A stretch of DNA of 64,000 nucleotides. Origin: Lenisia limosa. Lineage: Eukaryota; Protista; Breviatea. Positions 37,401 through 49,929 of the stretch are shown piece after piece. Position 1 is the stretch's first letter. Each line of letters opens with the position of its first letter. The notes below the pieces were generated by a model, which worked only from the letters and a program-made list of their open reading frames with translations, ran no database searches and was not told the DNA's origin. The stretch covers positions 1 to 64,000 of the forward strand of contig LPNZ01011689.1 in NCBI GenBank assembly GCA_001655205.1, written 5' to 3'. The translations under genes and the position numbers were made by a program.

Positions 37401-40400
37401 CACCAGGAGAATTGCGCCCCAGTCAAACTGGTGACGAATGCATCGTCCAAAGGCCTGCAATATGTAAGTACTAGTCTTAAGCATTGCTGGCAACTGACCT
37501 GGTTGACAGCTCGATAGGCTTGAAGGGCGTACCAGTCACGGCCCTTCAGAAGGCCCCGGTGTTGGAACCTATCGTTATACGCCTGCTTCAAGGCAACTTG
37601 CTTGTCTTTGATGTTTGGGAAGGGGATGCCAAAGACAACGACGCCGCGCGCGTTATCGTTACTAAAGTCAATACCTTCGGAAACTACACCGCATAAGAGA
37701 CGAACATAACACCTGCCGTTAGCCTTTTCTCCAACCTTTTCCTCTGCAGACGGCGAAGAAGAGCCCACCACCAGATGAAGGTCCGGAGGCTTCAATGGCG
37801 GCGTAGTAGGTTGACAGCTCACTCTCAAGCTGGTCACTTTTCCTAGGAAAATAAGCATGCAGTCTCGTACCTCGGTTCGATTGCAACGGTTTTGAGAGCC
37901 TGGAGTTTTTCCCACGCCCCTGTGTCCTTGAGCCTCTGCACCACACGATCAACCAGACGGTACGACTGACTGTGACAGTGACAAAATGTCTTCATATCCA
38001 CGCTACTCACAGGAAACAGAGCACTCCTTTCGGAACAGTTTGACAAACTCGGATGAGGATCTCTCCAATTTCGTCCAAAAACATCAAGCTCTCCTACAGC
38101 GGTGAGGAAGGCATTGTCCTACTGTGTTCTTGTAGACCGCTTTCATTTCTTTTCCAGTAGGCCCGTAGGAAATTGAAGAAAGGAACACCTAGGGGATGTT
38201 TAATGCAATTATTTGGGAATTGAAAAGAGTTGATGAAATAAACAAAAACAGTATGGTTAAATGAAGATATAATACATGAAGAAAAGAATATATCATATGA
38301 TATAGTGAACTCCTTACCTGTTCCTTGACATTGACCACGTGATTGGCTTCAAGGCGCTGGGCGAACCTTGAACCATCAGAGAAACGAACCGAAAACCGTT
38401 TCGTATATTATTACACCATGGACCAAAACCGTCTCCGTATACTGTGTGCCAAGTTCGGATTCGAATGACGTCAGAGGTGCCAGCGTGCCACTAGTGAGGA
38501 TAATGCTCCGACTATCGTGAAGCTGACGGAAGGCCACTGCAGGGTTCATGCACCAGAACGAAAACGCCAACACAAATGAGCCGAAATCCTGAGCAGTGAG
38601 TGACTGTTGGGCGTAATAATGCTTCATAATGGGGCCCGTCATACCATGCCTTTCCTGCCCTTGCCTTTTTGCTGTCTCTGAAAGGTAAATAACGTCTGAA
38701 AGCCCCCTGGTGATACCCACGTATTTCTTAGATGCAATCACGTAGTCCTGGGTGTTTCTCATGATCATTTGTGAGGGGTCGCTTGGGGAAGGACTGTGGA
38801 GTGAAAGGCGAAAATATCGACCTACCATTGCTCCAGAATTAGTTCAGCTGAGGTAAGAAGTTTCTCAATCATTGGCATTGTTTTGGGGTCTGGAAGCGGC
38901 TACAAAGTCATTTAACAACAGTTACCTGGACGGGCGAAATATCCAGCCAAAAATCCCACCATCAAGTCATTGCTTTTGGTCTTTTTTTCTTTCTCCTCAT
39001 TCATAGCCTAAAAGGGATTACTTCACAAACATTCCACAATTAGAGATTATTTGGTAAAGGCTCGAGAATAAGAGGCGGCACCCCCCCCCCCCNNNNNNNN
39101 NNNNNNNNNNNNNNNNNNNNNNNNNNNNNNNNNNNNNNNNNNNNNNNNNNNNNNNNNNNNNNNNNNNNNNNNNNNNNNNNNNNNNNNNTTCCTAAAGGCC
39201 ATTAGAGCTTTATTATAAACAAAAGGGCTAACTGAAGCAACACTAAATGTCTCTTCGACGGATTCTTCCCCTACCTTGAGCTGCACAATACTGACAGTGG
39301 TAAGTCCCATGTCCTCCAATGCTGCTACCATTTTGTTGCCTTCAATCTACAATGTCACCATGATGGCATCACAGATAATATGAAAACAATTGGATCTTCG
39401 ATTTTTCCATGCAACTTCAGCCCCTCATACCACGGTCTCAAACTTGTCTGGTTCACCAGTTGCTGTTGCGCGGCTGCACGCACCCTCAGCCCATTCGCTC
39501 ACACTCTGCAGGAAATACTACTCTGTCAGCACCACACTTGGTATAAGGTACCAACCTGTAGGGGGGAGACGGTTGCGGCTTCCGAGGGGCATTTGTCCAG
39601 GATCGAATCCAAATCGGCCACAGCGTCCAATACCTAAGTTGTCAAAGGAAACCAAGGGACCTTCCAATAACACCAGTACCCACCTCAGAGACAAGGAAGT
39701 CGTAGGAGCAAGCCTAATGTTGTAAGAATTGAAAAATGGGGTATTGATCCTCTTACGTCGCGTGCAGAATCCTCAATGTTGTGTGCCTCATCAAATATCA
39801 TGATCGAGTTACTGACTTTGATATCCAGGGCCTAGTATCATGTCAGTTTCGAAAAAAAGTAAGATACGAATTGATGAAGAAACCAAATTCCAACTCAATG
39901 CATCTGTAAAGGCGTATAATATTGTAATATAATATCGGAGGTTTGAAAAAAAAGCCTTGTTAGAATTTTGCATGACATCACCTTTCGAATAAAGGGGTCA
40001 ATAAGATATTGATATGGGCAGAAGACGATTGACGCTTCAGTGTGTAACGCTGAATAAATGAGCTAGTGGTAGTTGATTGTGACGAGAGAATTAGTCACAC
40101 TCAAAAATATCATATTGGAACTCCACAAACATCTGCTTGCAAAGAATGGGCACCCTTTGTACTGTTTACCGAGTCGAACCTACTCAAGTCAATACCCATG
40201 ATAGTCAATAGGCATGGTAGTCAATAGGCATGGTAGTCAATACCCATGATAGTCAATACCCATGATAGTCAATACCCATGATAGTCAATAGGCATGGTAG
40301 TTAATACCCATGATAGTCAATACCCATGATAGTCAATATTCGTTACAAAATGTCACAACTCACCAAGTCTTCGATATCCCACACTTCGTCCTGTCCACCG

Positions 40401-41593
40401 GGTCGAACCTAGGAGTTATGGTCCCTCAATCCTGAACCAACTTGGTGACATGACGCCACAACATGCGCTCTTTTGCTGTATTTGCATCCTTTGCGCTCCA
40501 ACAACGCTTTGCACGCAGCATCACGAACTGGTGCCTGGAAATGTGTTAACGCCCACATCAGCATGCAAACACTCACCTTCAGCACAGGACCGTGGATACA
40601 ATAGTGATCTCTTGACGCCAAAATGGCCATTTTCGGCCTGTAGGGTGTTTGTTCCAACTCTGAAACTACTTGCTCCACTTGACTATGCTGAAGTGTGAGA
40701 CCCAAAAGAGAAACAAGCCAACCGTCCTAGTAGCGTAGTAGATGACCGGTAACTTGTTGTCTTCTTTCTTCTTCTTCTTGGAAGGCGGAGTTTCTCCCGC
40801 CGCATATCTGTCCAGTAAAAAAAAAGCTGAAACCACTACCCACTTGTCAAGAGCCTCGATCTGACCTCGCTTCAGCTCAGCAGCTTCCTCCGCCAAACGA
40901 AGCTCTTCATTCATTTTCATACGGTCGGCGGCTTTAGCTGCAAGAGACTTCCTTGCGCGCCGTGCTGATCCTTGGGCCATGATTGGGAATGATCAGGCTT
41001 ACCTCGAGTGAAATCATCAATGTCACTACTTTGTGTGTCGTTGAAGGATTGAGGAGGGTTCTCTTCGATTTTCTCCGGCTCCTCAACAACCTTCTTCTTC
41101 TGAGCCTCGACTTCCTTTTCGTTGCATTGACTGCGATGGTCATCTCAAAAAGAGGTGCATACCGTTCGGCCTCGGCTTCCATCCAGGCAAGCGACGAGCA
41201 GAGAAGCGCAAGGGATTTGCCACTTCCTGTGGGGCTTTCCAGCAGGGCATTGGTTGATGTATTCAGGGATTTAATGATCTACAATATTAAAAAGAAATAG
41301 CCGGAGGTACCGTATGCCAAATGGTTTTCATTTTGTTAATTGTGCTAATTTACATGTCCAATCTTAACTGAAAAAAAAGACTCTCAGCCTACATTATCCA
41401 TGACCTGAACTTGAGCGTCATACGGCTCGAAAGGAAAGTGCACGGGGACTCCCTTGAAAAAATGGAAATGAACAAAAGCAAATGATAGGGAAATGAGCAC
41501 AAAGGAAACAAAAAATGCTGACATTCCATCAGAGAAAAATAGAACAATAACGCTTACATGTAGATTGAGCCCAGTAGTTTGATTATTGGTCAT
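34458..41593 (-). CDS. BRIP1: FANCJ/BRIP1 Fe-S DNA helicase (XPD family) with long disordered C-terminus and terminal CxxC...CxxC module
   Basis: [41 protein letters not shown] (Fe-S region), [35 protein letters not shown]...[47 protein letters not shown]|AFGRCIRH. The in-frame path continues across the MITE-bearing intron (PPKIQ|[12 protein letters not shown]). Confidence 0.92.
37005..37100. mobile_element. MITE-like element, copy 2 (intact, 96 bp), in a BRIP1 intron
   Basis: Perfect 17-bp TIRs gggcttcacttcggttc / gaaccgaagtgaagccc, AT-rich core, no ORF, no clean TSD. The host intron is 37125-36989. Confidence 0.85.
40186..40338. repeat. 16-bp minisatellite, ~9.5 copies with two variant types, in a BRIP1 intron
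   Basis: A = tagtcaatacccatga, B = tagtcaataggcatgg; order A B B A A A B A A plus a partial unit. Confidence 0.95.
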
Positions 41594-42192
41594 TGTAATC
41601 CTACAGTGTGAAACAGAAAAAAAGGACGCTTTATTCACCTTATTCGGATTGTGAGTCTTCGGAATCCTCACTCTCGGACTCAGCTAGCTGCTGAATGCGT
41701 GCAATGAGGAGGGGCTTGAACTCAAGGGCTTTGGCGTGGGTTGGTTCAATTGCCAAGACTGATGGAATCAACCAAAACGAAAACGTTATTCGTAACTGTC
41801 TGGTCATGGAAGATTTTCCAGTTCATAGGAAGAAGATCTTATCCTTATAAATATCCAAAATAAGGTATAACTAACAATGTATTAAGTTAGCAAATCCTAC
41901 TTTTTTCACAGAGAGTGAGTGCAAGAACGAAGTCGTGAGCAATCAAAGCGTTGGAGAACTGGAAAGTGACATACCGAAAAAGAATGAAGGCTTCCGGGAA
42001 TTGCCTTCAATTTCATAGATTACCTCTGAAATAAGGTCGATAGGGGCTGAAGACATGGCTAGACTTGACTGAAACAAAAAAAGACGAAGCTTAGCGGGAC
42101 TATGGTTCGTGCAAATACTGTATTTTCAATCTTCTGTTATTTTTTTGGCCTTTTTGATTTTCTGTGTTTTTTCTGGGCCATTCATATTTATT

Positions 42193-42220
42193 GTCGATAT
42201 TTATCGAAAATTATCGATTG
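42193..42220. promoter_or_regulatory. Triad of TCGA motifs at exact 10-bp spacing in the BRIP1/Raptor divergent intergenic region
   Basis: gtcgatatttatcgaaaattatcgatt; TCGA at 42194, 42204 and 42214, ~130-150 bp upstream of the Raptor ATG. It shares the 15-mer tcgaaaattatcgat with the MITE core. Confidence 0.4.
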
Positions 42221-42345
42221 AATGAGAAACTCTTTTGTTCGAAGCAATCTGTAGAAATATCAAATACATATATAAAGTTATATAAAATTATCAATTGAAA
42301 AAGGAGAAGGAGGTATAGAATGTAGTTTCTCCGAATAGTTCAACA

Positions 42346-45300
42346 ATGCAGCGTTCAGAGCGTAATCTAGACCTTACACATGCTGCAAATGACGAAGAAG
42401 AAGCTCAGATATACGGGAACAGTAGCAGTTCGTCGTCTTCATCGTCATCTCCGTATGAAGCCACCAGTCCTTCCCCACTGCCCCCTCGTGTTTATGAGGA
42501 ACCTCCTCAGGTAGTGATCGATCCAGTCCCTTCCCAGCCCCAAGCATCCCCTGCCAAACCTGTGGTTTCCTCTCTTTCCCCACAACGATCACTTGCCTTT
42601 GCCTCATCCGAAACCTCGCCCCTTGCATCTAAGCGTGTCCGTGGCCGCGCCTTGAACATCAACACCCTCGCAATTGCGAAGTCTCCTGAGACCTCAGACC
42701 AGCCCACCACCCCGATTCGGTCCCGAAAGCCCAATGTCGCCATGCAGGTGAGTTCTTATCCGCTCTATTCAGGCTCATGTTGTGCTTTTCTCCACTCTTA
42801 TTCCACAGATCGAAGGGAATAGTCCGGAGCCTCGCAAGGAAAAGAACGAAATTATTGCACCACAGGTGGGGGTTTTTCATTCGATTCCGGAAAGCAATAC
42901 AACTCAGTTACAGTTACTGTTGGATAGTTGAGATCATTTTATTTTTTCTGAGCCATTTTTCTTTTCCTTATTTTTTATCGATATCATTCATTACCTGAAG
43001 CACCTGTATCTCCCTCACTCTCCAGCGGCAGTTCCAGAGTTACCGCTATAACGAGGATCATGAGGCAGAAGTTGGCGATCTGAGGATGACTATCGAGGTG
43101 GGTTGGATTAGCGCAAAAAGAGAACTATATTGTGAGAGAAAGATGCCACGTTGTCTCATCTGTTTAATGAATGTAGCAAACACACAAAAAACACCCAAAG
43201 TCCAAGACCATGGCAGTTGGCCTGTTCCTTTGTCTGAATATTGGCGTTGACCCTCCAGATCATGTGAGTGCCCTCAAAGAGAAGTTGCTCTAACTGCCCG
43301 TAGGTCAAACCAGCCAAATGCTGTCGTTTGGAGTGCTGGTTGGACCCCTTCGCAGACGTTCCGCAGAAGATGCTTGAAAGCATTGGTGACAAACTCGTTG
43401 CCCAATACGCTTCATGGCAGGTTTGTTACGAAGTCCTCTGTATTTGTTTTCACGCTCAAGCCTCGTGCTAAGCTGCGACCGTGTCTTGACCCTACCCCGG
43501 AGGAAATGAAGAAGCAGTGCTTGGCCCTCAGGCGCAACGCCAAGGTTGGCTTTAGATAGCACTGTCAGCAATAACCGCCCCCAGGACGAACGGGTTCTGT
43601 TCCACTTCAACGGACATGGGGTACCAAAGCCCTCCGATGCTGGCGAAATATGGGTCTACAACACGAACTACACGCAGTATTTGCCCATTGGGCTTCACGA
43701 AGTCCACCAATGGCTTGGTAGGAAGGGTTCGATTGTGTCATGTGTGGTGTGGCATTTTGCTGTCTCACCCCCAGGAACGCCTACTATCCTGGTGTTTGAC
43801 TCTCCATGTGGCAAGAAGATCCTGGATTTCTATTTGGAGTTTGCTCAGAAAGACTTTGAGTATGCGGTTTTCCTTCTATCTACAATATCATGTATACTGT
43901 TCCTTATGATATTCTTACATAGCTTTTTCAGTTATTTTTGTATCTGTTCTACTCATTTATGCACTTGCTCGCTCCACTTATTCTGTTCTCTAACCCATTC
44001 AGCCATCAAGCTGGCATGTCAGACAGGGTAAGACCGGTAATGGTATTTGTTGTGATTATGAGCCCCCCTCCCGCCATTAACGTCGTGTTTAGAACCCCCT
44101 TGAGGACATCATTATCTTGGCTCCTTGCCAGTCTGAAGACAGCCTCCCCACAACGCCCATCTACCCTGTGAGCCTGCTACTCTACCAGGCGATGTTACCA
44201 TGCTCTGCTGATGATGATTCTGACACATTAGGCCGACATCTTCACAGCTTGTCTCACAACTCCCATCAAAATGGCCATCCAGTGGCATCTTCAACAGACT
44301 CAGGCCACCCTGTTTGCAGGGTTCATTGGGCATAGCTACCTCTTGCGGCAGATATGTTATTCTCATCTTTCATTGACATTCATATCACTTGTGAGCATAT
44401 TTTTGACTCGGCTTTAGTTTACCAGCTGACATTGACAAAATGATCGATTGTATTCCTGGCCAACTCAACGCCCGCAAAACACCCCTTGGTGAACTGAACT
44501 GGGTCTTCACAGCCGTTACCGACACTATCGCATTCAATACGCTGGAAAAAGGTGGGTCCGTTGCATTGAAATAACGATCAAGAAACCTTCCACAAGATCT
44601 TCCGACTTGACCTCATGTTGGCGTCGCTGTTCCGGAACTACTTCCTTGCCGAGCGTATCCTGAGATCCCTGGGTAGAGTGCCGGTTACATATCCAAAACT
44701 GCCGCCTGCGTTCCAGCACCCAATGTGGAAGGTAGGCCGTGTTATGCGATGTTGACCTTCAGACATGGGATACCGCGTTGGACGCTGTGCTGCGTCAGCT
44801 GCCGGGGCTGAAGTCTGGTCTGCCCTACGAACCGACGACCTTCTTCGCTGACCACTTGCAAGCTTTTGAGGTCGGCTCGTCTGTTGTCGTGACGGTTTAG
44901 ACATGGTTGGACTTNNNNNNNNNNNNNNNNNNNNNNNNNNNNNNNNNNNNNNNNNNNNNNNNNNNNNNNNNNNNNNNNNNNNNNNNNNCTGCAGGTAGGA
45001 TGCGGGTAAGTCATGCAGTGCCTTTTGATCAGCCCATTGCAATTCACTTCTCTCTTGTAGAACCTTCTCTCTCAAGCGCATCGTGTCTGGGCCCTCACTC
45101 TGCTCTGTCGGTATTTGGACTCGGGTAGCACGGCTGTCTCGACAGCCATCCAGCTTGGCATGGCGCCCTACATTCTCAAGCTCCTCAAGGTGAGTATCGG
45201 GTATCGTGGCGTTTCTCACACTTCAGTCCAACCAAGGCGGGCATTTGGAGTCTCTGGTGTTCCTTTGGGCCAAACTCATTGCCTATGACGACTCCCGCAA

Positions 45301-48300
45301 GCCCGACCTTGTGAGGGAGAGCCAGCACATGAAAATGGTGGAGGTTCTCAAGGACCCTGAAATGGTGAGACAGCCCTGGTGGCATGGTGGTTTCTTGACA
45401 TGTCTAACACACCAGGTGTCGTCCCCAATTCTTGTTGCTATGGCTGCATTTGTACTTCAAACCGTTGCCAATGATGTGGGTCTAAATAGAATAGTTCTAA
45501 GTGCATTTATGTGACTGCAATTTTTTAAGTTGGATTACCATTGCTATGCTCGTTATTCTTTGCATTGTGTAGCTGACAACGTAGTTTCCCCAAGGTCAAC
45601 GTGCAGTTGTGGAAACTGGGGTAGAAGGGGTTCATTGTTGTCTCACTATGGACAGTGCTTTGACTTTGTAGTGTTTGAACCTTGCACTGATTCTTGTTGA
45701 CACTTCGACTAGTGTGCTCGTGAGACGCACCTGCATGGTCATGATCGCCGCGGTATGTGACTGGCCTTTTTATCCTATCTTCTGCAGCATTGCTGACATG
45801 TAGGTTGTGCGTGACTCCGATCTCAACAAGCACACCGCCCTCAATGAGGGTGTTGCCGAGACACTGATGGACGTGGCTCGGAGTAGATCCGACCCAGGTA
45901 AGCAGCTGTTCGTGCAATACCGTTCTGACTGGACAGAAATCAGGGCAGCCGCCGTGTTTGCAATTGCGGCTCTCATCGGCACAGGCACTGAGTTTTCTAT
46001 TTCTATTCATGAGGTACGTCGGCCTTTCGGCGTGGCAAAGCCTGGGGCAGGAAGTGGGACATCATATACACAGTCGGCTCACCCTCCAGGACCATGAAGT
46101 GTCCCTTGACCTTGCCCTCGCCCTTGCTGCATGCGCGTGTCAGGCGTCTGCGTCGGGTCTTCTCAGGAGAGAGGTGGGGGGGGGGTCATGAATACCTTGA
46201 TTGCGAATTGGAAGGGCGTCCATGTCGTCGATTTGCCGAATAACGCAGCAGGTCGTGGCCGTTGTGGCTGCCGTCGGGAGCAGTATGTTCGCAACAATGA
46301 GGTGAGAGATACCGCTATTTCACCGGCCGTTGTTCACCGAAGTGGGGTGTTAACTCTTCAGACCTGTTGCTACTCAAATGATCGAAGAAGACCTCCTTCT
46401 TCGTGAAAAGATTTACCCGTCCCCAAGTATGCTACTTAGTTATTCACACTCGCGCATTATTTTCCTCATTTTTGCAGCCCCTGTTTCCGCCTCCACGCCC
46501 CGCGCCAAGTCTGCCGTCCCGATTCCTTGCTCCACCCCCACTCCCAATACCCACGAAACCACACCCTCGTCGTCGCCTGGAAGATCGTAAGCCGACCACG
46601 CCGCCGTATTCCTCTGACCCCCCAGGGCCGCGAGCTTGAGTCCCGACGCCGAGACGGCTGCTTCCATCCTGAAGACGCTGCAGTCGCTTTGCTGGGACCC
46701 TCTCGAGGATGTCGCCAATTCTGCAATACAGTGGGGCCCTGGGTTTTCCCACCCCTGCTTTTCAAGCTTATCGTTTAGGGTTTTCTCATTGCTCTCTGCC
46801 AAGCCTGATATCTCCACTACCCCCCTTCCTGTCGAACATAAAGTGAGCTGTCCCATCCATATTTGGCAAAACTATTTACCAACCCCCCTTCACTGCTTAA
46901 CCCTTACACTCCAGGCCCCCGCCCCCAAGCCGCCTATGGGTGTGTTTGACCGTCTTCTTAGGAAGGTGAGCCGCGTGTTCATGTGGCTTTCTATAATCAC
47001 AAGGCAAATGATTGTGTGAATTAATATTATTCTATAATCCAATATCTATTAGAAGCGTGANNNNNNNNNNNNNNNNNNNNNNNNNNNNNNNNNNNNNNNN
47101 NNNNNNNNNNNNNNNNNNNNNNNNNNNNNNNNNNNNNNNNNNNNNNNNNNNNNNNNNNNNNNNNNNNNNNNNNNNNNNNNNNNNNNNNNNNNNNCTCTTT
47201 CACACACAATATATTTCATAAAACCCGTTTTTTTGCCATTTCCAAGCAGAAGTAATGAATTAGGCCACGTCACATGCGCACCTCGAAGTTGCCAGTAGTC
47301 CGCCCGCCTCTCCAACCACCCACGACCTCGCACGCCACCCCACCATCGACCTTTCTCAGTACATTTCGGTTGGTCCCTGCTGGCTCAATTGCATCGCTAA
47401 ATCTCTCGATTCAAGACCCTCGGATGGAGTCAACATATTGAGGTCTTCACAACCCCCAGCACTCATCCGATCCGCCCGAGAAGTTGACTGAAATGGGGCG
47501 ATCCTCTTTCGACACCTGGACAGCGCTGAGCTTCATCCACCCCATCCTGCCGTCCAATTCGCCATTGTAAGCGTTGCGGAAGCCTTCAGAAGTAACCATG
47601 CAGTTGGACTCCAGATCAGCAGACGGCAGTCCCGTCCAAGGGTCTTGATGACGAACTGTTTACTGATGAGGAGGAAGTGGGTCATGGCATCGTTTATACA
47701 ACCATTACACTCCTTTGAGTGTACTACTATGGCGACTATCCTTTAACTCATGAAGCCTGATGCCGACACTATTACCCCATCCGGTATTCGGAGTATTTAC
47801 GACGCAAACGGAGGTGTGTGGCCAAATATGAAGACCATTTTTCTGGCCTGCAATTTCTTTTATGATGAGCATTGTTTTTTTTACCTGCGCAGGTTGCCCC
47901 AACATCATCACCGGCTGCCTTGGCCTTTCGACCCTCCCGCCCCCGGCAAACATGCCATTCGAGGAGAACTTCAAAGACATTGCCTGTGACGAGGAGTACA
48001 AAATGTCAGCTCGAGGCTCCGCGTTTACTCTCTGAAAGGCTGAACTGACTTTTGCAGTCGAATGCAGAACACTCTCGAACCTGAGGACCTTGCTCCCTCC
48101 GAGTTTATCCAGGCCACCACCCTCATGACTACTAAGGAAGAAGACAGAGCCCATAAGGTGCGGCCCGGTTCCAACGAGTCAATACCCTGCATTAACGTAC
48201 CTCTAGGACGAAATCCACATTTCCACGTTCTGCGGTCTGCTTCCACTCAATGTCGCTGCTGCAAACAGAGAAATCACGTGGGTTTCCCACATGTTCACAT

Positions 48301-49851
48301 TTGAGATAAATTGCTTGACACGAAGAAAACACTAACCTCTTAGGGTATGGAACACTGAAACCCGCGAGTGTGTCAAGCGATTCAGCAACAGAAACCCCAA
48401 TGGGTCGAAAATCACTTCACTTGAAATTGCCAATTCCGATACGGAGAGGTATGCGATTACTGTCTCTTTTCTTTGGGCTACTTTTGGGTTGCCTGGTTTC
48501 CACTTACCCTTCGAGCAATGCCCTATTCGAGTGTTGAGTTTCTTGTATTTTGAGTCTTAGATATTTGCCTCTGACACCACCATCCATCCTTTTTTTACCG
48601 GCTAGCCCCCTCGTGATGGCGGGAAGCAATGACGGTGTTGTGCGAGTTTGGAAGAACGCCCACTTTGTTGTTCAGCCCTCAATGGTCACCGCGTGGCGCG
48701 CCGCCGACATCCTCCCTAGGCAATCGTAGGCGGCACATCATGATCAACTGATCCATTCAGCAAAGTCCTTTCACCCGGCATGGTCATGTTCTGGAGGCAA
48801 AACGCGGCACGCCTCTTGGTGTCGGGAGATATCCCGTGAGGGGGTAATAGGTGCCTGTTGTTACAGCTGTTGATTGTGTTGACCCAGTGTGACTTTCAGG
48901 ACCATCCGTATTTTCGACGTGCAAAGAGAGATGCTGGCGGGAGACATTCCGACGCATTGCCAGGCCTCCATCACGAGCCTCACAAGTGACCTGGTAAGCA
49001 TCTTGCAACGTAACCCTCACTTTGCAGCTGTCTGTTGGCGGTGACGTCCGCGGCAGTCAAGTCATTGCTGGTAAGCCCTCCGTTGTTTTGCCTGATATGG
49101 ATGACGCTTTTCCCTCGTCACTCTATAGGCTGTGGGGATGGAGCGGTGAGAATGTACGATCTTAGAAACCCACCAGCCTCTGTGTTAGTGGCCACTCTTG
49201 ACGGGCACAAGGTGGGTGTGCTCAATAGCTGCATTCAGAGTGGATTGGCTGTTCTCAAACCCCAGGGCTATGTTGTTGGCACAACACAGAAGGCGAACAA
49301 CTCAAACGAGCTCATTTCTGCAGGCCATGGAGGTAAGGACAAAAGATTCTTTCCTCTAACTTTTCAATATTACTTATCTTCTATTGTCCAAAAGGTGGCT
49401 TAACTCTCAGGAACTATCCGGATGTGGGACCTTCGGATCCAAAAGTGTCATCGGACCATTTCAGCCCATCAGTCTCGTCTCACCGCCTTTGCTGTCCACC
49501 CCTTCCTGCCCATCGTAGCCTCAGCAAGCTCTAACAAATGTGTCAAGGTAGGCTAGAAACGAGCTGTTCTGATCTTTAGATCTTCGACGGGCAAGGTCGG
49601 AACCTCCAAATGATCCGACACTCCTCAGACTTCACTGGCACGCGAATAGGCAACGTCGTGCATCTCAGATACCACCCGCACAACTACAGGTCTGGTCCTC
49701 GTCTTGTCAAGCAAAATAATATGATATCTTTTTATATATTGCATTTGGACCTATTATACATATTATATCTTGGCTGTGTTCACTTTGTAGTCTCGGGACT
49801 GTTCACAGTGGCAAAGTCAGTGTCATTGTTCCAAAGGATTTGCCACAATAG
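42346..49851 (+). CDS. RPTOR: Regulatory-associated protein of TOR (Raptor/KOG1)
   Basis: [95 protein letters not shown] exons, and C-terminal WD40 exons ([36 protein letters not shown]); stop ...PKDLPQ* at 49851. Confidence 0.95.
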
Positions 49852-49929
49852 CTTTTTTTCTTGTTTCTATGCTCATGGTTGTTTAGATTTATCACTTTTT
49901 CTTCATTCAATACATTTTTGCAATAAAGC

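Noticed and set aside
42346-49851. Stop-codon reassignment or frameshifting to explain the fragmented ORF track
   Set aside because: In the Raptor, BRIP1, MSH5 and TRPML segments I traced, conserved motifs join in frame through canonical GT-AG introns, and the stops fall within introns.
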